DNA from: Auanema rhodensis
Taxonomy: Eukaryota > Animalia > Nematoda
Direction: 5' to 3'
DNA length: 64,000 nt
NCBI GenBank assembly: GCA_964057225.1
Contig: OZ059897.1
Coordinates: 4,092,001-4,156,000, forward strand
The notes beneath the pieces are model-generated. The model ran no database searches. It was not told where the DNA came from and was given only the letters and a program-made list of their open reading frames with translations. Of the stretch, positions 53,993 through 64,000 are shown piece after piece. The position numbers and the translations under genes are program-made. Numbering within the stretch: the first letter of the stretch is position 1; every line of letters begins with the position of its first letter.

Positions 53993-56865
53993 ATGATTTT
54001 TTCGTTGAAAAACATTGTCCATCGTATTCGTCTTGAAAAAAAGAATCTAAAAACATCTACTTTTTGTGAAATTATTCAGAAATTTTTCGGGAAAATTTTT
54101 GTCAAAATGTTTTTGGAAGCAATGTTGAGTGTACATGGGAACTCAACATACACTAATGCATTATTTTTCAAACGATCATAACTAATTTTTGTATGGAGCG
54201 TTTCTCAATGTAGTATAGTGCATTCGATGCGGATTTTTAAGCTGCGTTGATCTGTGTTATCAGATTTGCGCTAGCTTAAAAATGCACCGAGTAATCAACT
54301 GATATAGGTTCACACTTATATCCTCGATTTTCACCCTGAAGAATTAATTTTTTCGTTGAAAAACATTGTCCATCGTATTCGTCTTGAAAAAAAGAATCTA
54401 AAAACATCTACTTTTTGTGAAATTATTCAGAAATTTTTCGGGAAAATTTTTGTCAAAATGTTTTTGGAAGCAATGTTGAGTGTACATGGGAACTCAGCAT
54501 ACACTAATGCATTATTTTTCAAACGATCATAACTAATTTTTGTATAGAGCGTTTCTCAATGTAGTATAGTGCATTCGATGCGGATTTTTAAGCTGCGTCG
54601 ATCTGTGTTATCAGATTTGAGTTAGCTTAAAAATGCACCGAGATATCAACTGATATATGTTCACACTTATATCCTCGATTTTCACCCTGAAGAATTATAT
54701 TTTTCGTTGAATAGCATTGTCCATCGTCTTAGCCTTGAAAAAAGGAATCTAAAAACATTTACTTTTTGCGAAATTATTCAGAAATTTTTCGGGAAAATTT
54801 TTGTCAAAATGTTTTTCGAAGCAATGTTGAGTGTACATGGGAACTCAGCATACACTAATGCATTATTTTTCAAACGATCATAACTAATTTTTGTATAAAG
54901 CGTTTCTCAATGTAGTATAGTGCATTCGATGCGGATTTTTAAGCTGCGTCGATCTGTGTTATCAGATTTGAGTTAGCTTAAAAATGCACCGAGATATCAA
55001 CTGATATATGTTCACACTTATATCCTCGATTTTCACCCTGAAGAAATGATTTTTTCGTTAACAAACATTGTCTATCGTATTCGTCTTGAAAAAAGGAATC
55101 TAAAAACATCTACTTTTTGTGAAATTATTTAGAAATTTTTCGGGAAAATTTTTGTCAAAATGTTTTTGGAAGCAATGTTGAGTGTACATGGGAACTCAAC
55201 ATACACTAATGCATTATTTTTCAAACGATCATAACTAATTTTTGTATGGAGCGTTTCTCAATGTAGTATAGTGCATTCGATGCGGATTTTCAAGCTGCGT
55301 TGATCTGTGTTATCAGATTTGCGCTAGCTTAAAAATGCACCGAGTAATCAACTGATATAGGTTCACACTTATATCCTCGATTTTCACCCTGAAGAATTAA
55401 TGTTTTCGTTGAATAACATTGTCCATCGTCTTTGCCTTGAGAAAAGAAATCTAAAAACTCCTACTTTTTGTGAAATTTTTTAGAAATTTTTCGGGAAAAT
55501 TTTTGTCACAATGTTTTTGGAAGCAATGTTGAGTGTACATGGGAACTCAGCATACACTAATGCATTATTTTTCAAACGATCATAACTAATTTTTGTATAG
55601 AGCGTTTCTCAATGTAGTATAGTGCATTCGATGCGGATTTTTAAGCTGCGTCGATCTGTGTTATCAGATTTGAGTTAGCTTAAAAATGCACCGAGATATC
55701 AACTGATATATGTTCACACTTATATCCTCGATTTTCACCCTGAAGAATTATATTTTTCGTTGAATAACATTGTCCATCGTCTTAGCCTTGAAAAAAGGAA
55801 TCTAAAAACATTTACTTTTTGCGAAATTATTCAGAAATTTTTCGGGAAAATTTTTTTCGATCTGTGTTATCAGATTTGAGTTAGCTTGAAAATGCACCGA
55901 GATATCAACTGATATATGTTCACACTTATATCCTCGATTTTCACCCTGAAGAAATGATTTTTTCGTTGAAAAACATTGTCCATCGTATTCGTCTTGAAAA
56001 AAGGAATCTAAAAACATCTACTTTTTGTGAAATTATTTAGAAATTTTTCGGGAAAATTTTTGTCACAATGTTGATTTGATTTGAAGATTTGAGTTAGCTT
56101 AAAAATGCACCGAGATATCAACTGATATATGTTCACACTTATATCCTCGATTTTCACCCTGAAGAAATGATTTTTTCGTTGAAAAACATTGTCCATCGTA
56201 TTCGTCTTGAAAAAAAGAATCTAAAAACATCTACTTTTTGTGAAATTATTCAGAAATTTTTCGGGAAAATTTTTGTCAAAATGTTTTTGGAAGCAATGTT
56301 GAGTGTACATGGGAACTCAACATACACTAATGCATTATTTTTCAAACGATCATAACTAATTTTTGTATGGAGCGTTTCTCAATGTAGTATAGTGCATTCG
56401 ATGCGGATTTTTAAGCTGCGTTGATCTGTGTTATCAGATTTGCGCTAGCTTAAAAATGCACCGAGTAATCAACTGATATAGGTTCACACTTATATCCTCG
56501 ATTTTCACCCTGAAGAATTAATTTTTTCGTTGAAAAACATTGTCCATCGTATTCGTCTTGAAAAAAAGAATCTAAAAACATCTACTTTTTGTGAAATTAT
56601 TCAGAAATTTTTCGGGAAAATTTTTGTCAAAATGTTTTTGGAAGCAATGTTGAGTGTACATGGGAACTCAGCATACACTAATGCATTATTTTTCAAACGA
56701 TCATAACTAATTTTTGTATAGAGCGTTTCTCAATGTAGTATAGTGCATTCGATGCGGATTTTTAAGCTGCGTCGATCTGTGTTATCAGATTTGAGTTAGC
56801 TTAAAAATGCACCGAGATATCAACTGATATATGTTCACACTTATATCCTCGATTTTCACCCTGAA
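52960..56865. repeat. Duplication with 2174-bp offset (5x351+206+213), second doublet at 55748-56166
   Basis: 53628/55802 and 53993/56167 differ by 2174. Both copies share a rare chimeric monomer (ttaa start followed by aaaaacatt/cgtattcg) at 54344 and 56518. Confidence 0.82.
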
Positions 56866-59800
56866 GAAATGATTTTTTCGTTAACAAACATTGTCTATCG
56901 TATTCGTCTTGAAAAAAGGAATCTAAAAACATCTACTTTTTGTGAAATTATTTAGAAATTTTTCGGGAAAATTTTTGTCAAAATGTTTTTGGAAGCAATG
57001 TTGAGTGTACATGGGAACTCAGCATACACTAATGCATTATTTTTCAAACGATCATAACTAATTTTTGTATAAAGCGTTTCTCAATGTAGTATAGTGCATT
57101 CGATGCGGATTTTTAAGCTGCGTCGATCTGTGTTATCAGATTTGAGTTAGCTTAAAAATGCACCGAGATATCAACTGATATATGTTCACACTTATATCCT
57201 CGATTTTCACCCTGAAGAAATGATTTTTTCGTTAACAAACATTGTCTATCGTATTCGTCTTGAAAAAAGGAATCTAAAAACATCTACTTTTTGTGAAATT
57301 ATTTAGAAATTTTTCGGGAAAATTTTTGTCAAAATGTTTTTGGAAGCAATGTTGAGTGTACATGGGAACTCAGCATACACTAATGCATTATTTTTCAAAC
57401 GATCATAACTAATTTTTGTATAGAGCGTTTCTCAATGTAGTATAGTTCATTCGATGCGGATTTTTAAGCTGCGTCGATCTGTGTTATCAGATTTGAGTTA
57501 GCTTAAAAATGCACCGAGATATCAACTGATATATGTTCACACTTATATCCTCGATTTTCACCCTGAAGAAATGATTTTTTCGTTAACAAACATTGTCTAT
57601 CGTATTCGTCTTGAAAAAAGGAATCTAAAAACATCTACTTTTTGTGAAATTATTTAGAAATTTTTCGGGAAAATTTTTGTCAAAATGTTTTTGGAAGCAA
57701 TGTTGAGTGTACATGGGAACTCAACATACACTAATGCATTATTTTTCAAACGATCATAACTAATTTTTGTATAGAGCGTTTCTCAATGTAGTATAGTGCA
57801 TTCGATGCGGATTTTTAAGCTGCGTTGATCTGTGTTATCAGATTTGAGTTAGCTTGAAAATGCACCGAGATATCAACTGATATATGTTCACACTTATATC
57901 CTCGATTTTCACCCTGAAGAATTAATTTTTTCGTTGAATAACATTGTCCATCGTCTTTGCCTTGAAAAAAGAAATCTAAAAACTCCTACTTTTTGTGAAA
58001 TTATTCAGAAATTTTTCGGGAAAATTTTTGTCACAATGTTTTTGGAAGCAATGTTGAGTGTACATGGGAACTCAGCATACACTAATGCATTATTTTTCAA
58101 ACGATCATAACTAATTTTTGTATAGAGCGTTTCTCAATGTAGTATAGTGCATTCGATGCGGATTTTTAAGCTGCGTCGATCTGTGTTATCAGATTTGAGT
58201 TAGCTTAAAAATGCACCGAGATATCAACTGATATATGTTCACACTTATATCCTCGATTTTCACCCTGAAGAATTATATTTTTCGTTGAATAGCATTGTCC
58301 ATCGTCTTAGCCTTGAAAAAAGGAATCTAAAAACATTTACTTTTTGCGAAATTATTCAGAAATTTTTCGGGAAAATTTTTGTCAAAATGTTTTTCGAAGC
58401 AATGTTGAGTGTACATGGGAACTCAGCATACACTAATGCATTATTTTTCAAACGATCATAACTAATTTTTGTATAAAGCGTTTCTCAATGTAGTATAGTG
58501 CATTCGATGCGGATTTTTAAGCTGCGTCGATCTGTGTTATCAGATTTGAGTTAGCTTAAAAATGCACCGAGATATCAACTGATATATGTTCACACTTATA
58601 TCCTCGATTTTCACCCTGAAGAAATGATTTTTTCGTTAACAAACATTGTCTATCGTATTCGTCTTGAAAAAAGGAATCTAAAAACATCTACTTTTTGTGA
58701 AATTATTTAGAAATTTTTCGGGAAAATTTTTGTCAAAATGTTTTTGGAAGCAATGTTGAGTGTACATGGGAACTCAGCATACACTAATGCATTATTTTTC
58801 AAACGATCATAACTAATTTTTGTATAGAGCGTTTCTCAATGTAGTATAGTTCATTCGATGCGGATTTTTAAGCTGCGTCGATCTGTGTTATCAGATTTGA
58901 GTTAGCTTAAAAATGCACCGAGATATCAACTGATATATGTTCACACTTATATCCTCGATTTTCACCCTGAAGAATTAATTTTTTCGTTGAATAACATTGT
59001 CCATCGTCTTTGCCTTGAAAAAAGAAATCTAAAAACTCCTACTTTTTGTGAAATTATTCAGAAATTTTTCGGGAAAATTTTTGTCACAATGTTTTTGGAA
59101 GCAATGTTGAGTGTACATGGGAACTCAGCATACACTAATGCATTATTTTTCAAACGATCATAACTAATTTTTGTATAGAGCGTTTCTCAATGTAGTATAG
59201 TGCATTCGATGCGGATTTTTAAGCTGCGTCGATCTGTGTTATCAGATTTGAGTTAGCTTAAAAATGCACCGAGATATCAACTGATATATGTTCACACTTA
59301 TATCCTCGATTTTCACCCTGAAGAATTATATTTTTCGTTGAATAGCATTGTCCATCGTCTTAGCCTTGAAAAAAGGAATCTAAAAACATTTACTTTTTGC
59401 GAAATTATTCAGAAATTTTTCGGGAAAATTTTTGTCAAAATGTTTTTCGAAGCAATGTTGAGTGTACATGGGAACTCAGCATACACTAATGCATTATTTT
59501 TCAAACGATCATAACTAATTTTTGTATAGAGCGTTTCTCAATGTAGTATAGTTCATTCGATGCGGATTTTTAAGCTGCGTCGATCTGTGTTATCAGATTT
59601 GAGTTAGCTTAAAAATGCACCGAGATATCAACTGATATATGTTCACACTTATATCCTCGATTTTCACCCTGAAGAAATGATTTTTTCGTTAACAAACATT
59701 GTCTATCGTATTCGTCTTGAAAAAAGGAATCTAAAAACATCTACTTTTTGTGAAATTATTTAGAAATTTTTCGGGAAAATTTTTGTCAAAATGTTTTTGG

Positions 59801-61334
59801 AAGCAATGTTGAGTGTACATGGGAACTCAACATACACTAATGCATTATTTTTCAAACGATCATAACTAATTTTTGTATAGAGCGTTTCTCAATGTAGTAT
59901 AGTGCATTCGATGCGGATTTTTAAGCTGCGTCGATCTGTGTTATCAGATTTGAGTTAGCTTAAAAATGCACCGAGATATCAACTGATATATGTTCACACT
60001 TATATCCTCGATTTTCACCCTGAAGAAATGATTTTTTCGTTAACAAACATTGTCTATCGTATTCGTCTTGAAAAAAGGAATCTAAAAACATCTACTTTTT
60101 GTGAAATTATTTAGAAATTTTTCGGGAAAATTTTTGTCAAAATGTTTTTGGAAGCAATGTTGAGTGTACATGGGAACTCAACATACACTAATGCATTATT
60201 TTTCAAACGATCATAACTAATTTTTGTATAGAGCGTTTCTCAATGTAGTATAGTGCATTCGATGCGGATTTTTAAGCTGCGTCGATCTGTGTTATCAGAT
60301 TTGAGTTAGCTTAAAAATGCACCGAGATATCAACTGATATATGTTCACACTTATATCCTCGATTTTCACCCTGAAGAAATGATTTTTTCGTTGAAAAACA
60401 TTGTCCATCGTATTCGTCTTGAAAAAAAGAATCTAAAAACATCTACTTTTTGTGAAATTATTCAGAAAATTTTCGGGAAAATTTTTGTCAAAATGTTTTT
60501 GGAAGCAATGTTGAGTGTACATGGGAACTCAACATACACTAATGCATTATTTTTCAAACGATCATAACTAATTTTTGTATGGAGCGTTTCTCAATGTAGT
60601 ATAGTGCATTCGATGCGGATTTTTAAGCTGCGTTGATCTGTGTTATCAGATTTGCGCTAGCTTAAAAATGCACCGAGTAATCAACTGATATAGGTTCACA
60701 CTTATATCCTCGATTTTCACCCTGAAGAATTAATTTTTTCGTTGAATAACATTGTCCATCATCTTTGCCTTGAAAAAAGAAATCTAAAAACTCCTACTTT
60801 TTGTGAAATTATTTAGAAATTTTTCGGGAAAATTTTTGTCACAATGTTTTTGGAAGCAATGTTGAGTGTACATGGGAACTCAGCATACACTAATGCATTA
60901 TTTTTCAAACGATCATAACTAATTTTTGTATGGAGCGTTTCTCAATGTAGTATAGTGCATTCGATGCGGATTTTTAAGCTGCGTTGATCTGTGTTATCAA
61001 ATTTGCGCTAGCTTAAAAATGCACCGAGTAATCAACTGATATAGGTTCACACTTATATCCTCGATTTTCACCCTGAAGAATTAATTTTTTCGTTGAATAA
61101 CATTGTCCATCGTCTTTGCCTTGAAAAAAGAAATCTAAAAACTCCTACTTTTCGTGAAATTATTTAGAAATTTTTCGGGAAAATTTTTGTCACAATGTTT
61201 TTGGAAGCAATGTTGAGTGTACATGGGAACTCAGCATACACTAATGCATTATTTTTCAAACGATCATAACTAATTTTTGTATAGAGCGTTTCTCAATGTA
61301 GTATAGTGCATTCGATGCGGATTTTTAAGCTGCG

Positions 61335-64000
61335 TCGATCTTTGTTATCAGATTTGAGTTAGCTTGAAAATGCACCGAGATATCAACTGATATATGTTCA
61401 CACTTATATCCTCGATTTTCACCCTGAAGAAATGATTTTTTCGTTGAAAAACATTGTCCATCGTATTCGTCTTGAAAAAAGGAATCTAAAAACATCTACT
61501 TTTTGTGAAATTATTTAGAAATTTTTCGGGAAAATTTTTGTCACAATGTTGATTTGATTTGAAGATTTGAGTTAGCTTAAAAATGCGCCGAGATATCAAC
61601 TGATATATGTTCACACTTATATCCTCGATTTTCACCCTGAAGAAATGATTTTTTCGTTGAAAAACATTGTCCATCGTATTCGTCTTGAAAAAAAGAATCT
61701 AAAAACATCTACTTTTTGTGAAATTATTCAGAAATTTTTCGGGAAAATTTTTGTCAAAATGTTTTTGGAAGCAATGTTGAGTGTACATGGGAACTCAACA
61801 TACACTAATGCATTATTTTTCAAACGATCATAACTAATTTTTGTATGGAGCGTTTCTCAATGTAGTATAGTGCATTCGATGCGGATTTTCAAGCTGCGTT
61901 GATCTGTGTTATCAGATTTGCGCTAGCTTAAAAATGCACCGAGTAATCAACTGATATAGGTTCACACTTATATCCTCGATTTTCACCCTGAAGAATTAAT
62001 TTTTTCGTTGAATAACATTGTCCATCGTCTTTGCCTTGAGAAAAGAAATCTAAAAACTCCTACTTTTTGTGAAATTTTTTAGAAATTTTTCGGGAAAATT
62101 TTTGTCACAATGTTTTTGGAAGCAATGTTGAGTGTACATGGGAACTCAGCATACACTAATGCATTATTTTTCAAACGATCATAACTAATTTTTGTATAGA
62201 GCGTTTCTCAATGTAGTATAGTGCATTCGATGCGGATTTTTAAGCTGCGTCGATCTGTGTTATCAGATTTGAGTTAGCTTAAAAATGCACCGAGATATCA
62301 ACTGATATATGTTCACACTTATATCCTCGATTTTCACCCTGAAGAATTATATTTTTCGTTGAATAACATTGTCCATCGTCTTAGCCTTGAAAAAAGGAAT
62401 CTAAAAACATTTACTTTTTGCGAAATTATTCAGAAATTTTTCGGGAAAATTTTTTTCGATCTGTGTTATCAGATTTGAGTTAGCTTGAAAATGCACCGAG
62501 ATATCAACTGATATATGTTCACACTTATATCCTCGATTTTCACCCTGAAGAAATGATTTTTTCGTTGAAAAACATTGTCCATCGTATTCGTCTTGAAAAA
62601 AGGAATCTAAAAACATCTACTTTTTGTGAAATTATTTAGAAATTTTTCGGGAAAATTTTTGTCACAATGTTGATTTGATTTGAAGATTTGAGTTAGCTTA
62701 AAAATGCACCGAGATATCAACTGATATATGTTCACACTTATATCCTCGATTTTCACCCTGAAGAAATGATTTTTTCGTTGAAAAACATTGTCCATCGTAT
62801 TCGTCTTGAAAAAAAGAATCTAAAAACATCTACTTTTTGTGAAATTATTCAGAAATTTTTCGGGAAAATTTTTGTCAAAATGTTTTTGGAAGCAATGTTG
62901 AGTGTACATGGGAACTCAACATACACTAATGCATTATTTTTCAAACGATCATAACTAATTTTTGTATGGAGCGTTTCTCAATGTAGTATAGTGCATTCGA
63001 TGCGGATTTTTAAGCTGCGTTGATCTGTGTTATCAGATTTGCGCTAGCTTAAAAATGCACCGAGTAATCAACTGATATAGGTTCACACTTATATCCTCGA
63101 TTTTCACCCTGAAGAATTAATTTTTTCGTTGAATAACATTGTCCATCGTCTTTGCCTTGAGAAAAGAAATCTAAAAACTCCTACTTTTTGTGAAATTTTT
63201 TAGAAATTTTTCGGGAAAATTTTTGTCACAATGTTTTTGGAAGCAATGTTGAGTGTACATGGGAACTCAGCATACACTAATGCATTATTTTTCAAACGAT
63301 CATAACTAATTTTTGTATAGAGCGTTTCTCAATGTAGTATAGTGCATTCGATGCGGATTTTTAAGCTGCGTCGATCTGTGTTATCAGATTTGAGTTAGCT
63401 TAAAAATGCACCGAGATATCAACTGATATATGTTCACACTTATATCCTCGATTTTCACCCTGAAGAATTATATTTTTCGTTGAATAACATTGTCCATCGT
63501 CTTAGCCTTGAAAAAAGGAATCTAAAAACATTTACTTTTTGCGAAATTATTCAGAAATTTTTCGGGAAAATTTTTTTCGATCTGTGTTATCAGATTTGAG
63601 TTAGCTTGAAAATGCACCGAGATATCAACTGATATATGTTCACACTTATATCCTCGATTTTCACCCTGAAGAAATGATTTTTTCGTTGAAAAACATTGTC
63701 CATCGTATTCGTCTTGAAAAAAGGAATCTAAAAACATCTACTTTTTGTGAAATTATTTAGAAATTTTTCGGGAAAATTTTTGTCACAATGTTGATTTGAT
63801 TTGAAGATTTGAGTTAGCTTAAAAATGCACCGAGATATCAACTGATATATGTTCACACTTATATCCTCGATTTTCACCCTGAAGAAATGATTTTTTCGTT
63901 GAAAAACATTGTCCATCGTATTCGTCTTGAAAAAAAGAATCTAAAAACATCTACTTTTTGTGAAATTATTCAGAAATTTTTCGGGAAAATTTTTGTCAAA
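61335..64000. repeat. Tandem 1121-bp higher-order repeat (213+351+351+206), ~2.4 copies to the window end
   Basis: Type A at 61432, 62553 and 63674; type B at 62347 and 63468. All spacings are 1121. Confidence 0.93.

Larger units (their letters stand above)
1..64000. repeat. Satellite DNA array, 351-bp monomer, head-to-tail, extends past both window edges
   Basis: The same unit recurs throughout. Homologous positions 695, 1046 and 1397 are 351 apart, and all later spacings decompose into 351, 213 and 206 units (plus seven 350/352 units before 11 kb). No unique sequence or inversion seen. Confidence 0.99.

Noticed and set aside
695-62954. Repeated 62-70 aa plus-strand ORFs (MIFSL...)
   Set aside because: They recur with the satellite period and appear or vanish with single SNPs; most monomers have TAG or TAA in this frame. 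The F/K/I/N-rich composition reflects A/T runs, and there is no recognisable domain or expression signal.
15141-63916. Minus-strand 62 and 71 aa ORFs (MDNVFQ..., MFLDSF...)
   Set aside because: They exist only because the A and B junctions remove stop codons. They are useful as junction markers, not as genes.
1-64000. CRISPR array or other repeat-spacer system
   Set aside because: There are no unique spacers, the entire 351-bp unit is repeated, and no cas or other gene is present.
1-64000. Assignment to a named ~350-360 bp insect satellite family
   Set aside because: Only length and AT content are similar. I do not recognise the sequence and cannot run a search.

Overview
The whole 64 kb is one uninterrupted head-to-tail, AT-rich (~31% GC) satellite array in a single orientation, with a 351-bp monomer. 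It holds about 167 full-length monomers plus 25 short ones (18 of 213 bp, 7 of 206 bp). I find no genes, RNA genes, transposon insertions or CRISPR. Every ORF in the track is a chance reading of the monomer, repeated with its period. I do not recognise the satellite family. The array looks like (peri)centromeric heterochromatin of a eukaryote with little CpG methylation (inference). The interesting content is its internal history: two amplified short monomers, each missing about one nucleosome of DNA from the same half. One carries a templated-insertion repair scar and the other is the junction of an out-of-register 1121-bp duplication. There are also repeated 7-monomer duplications, layered variant domains, mosaic monomers and strict monomer-length conservation. 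I see no evidence of a new protein-coding system.
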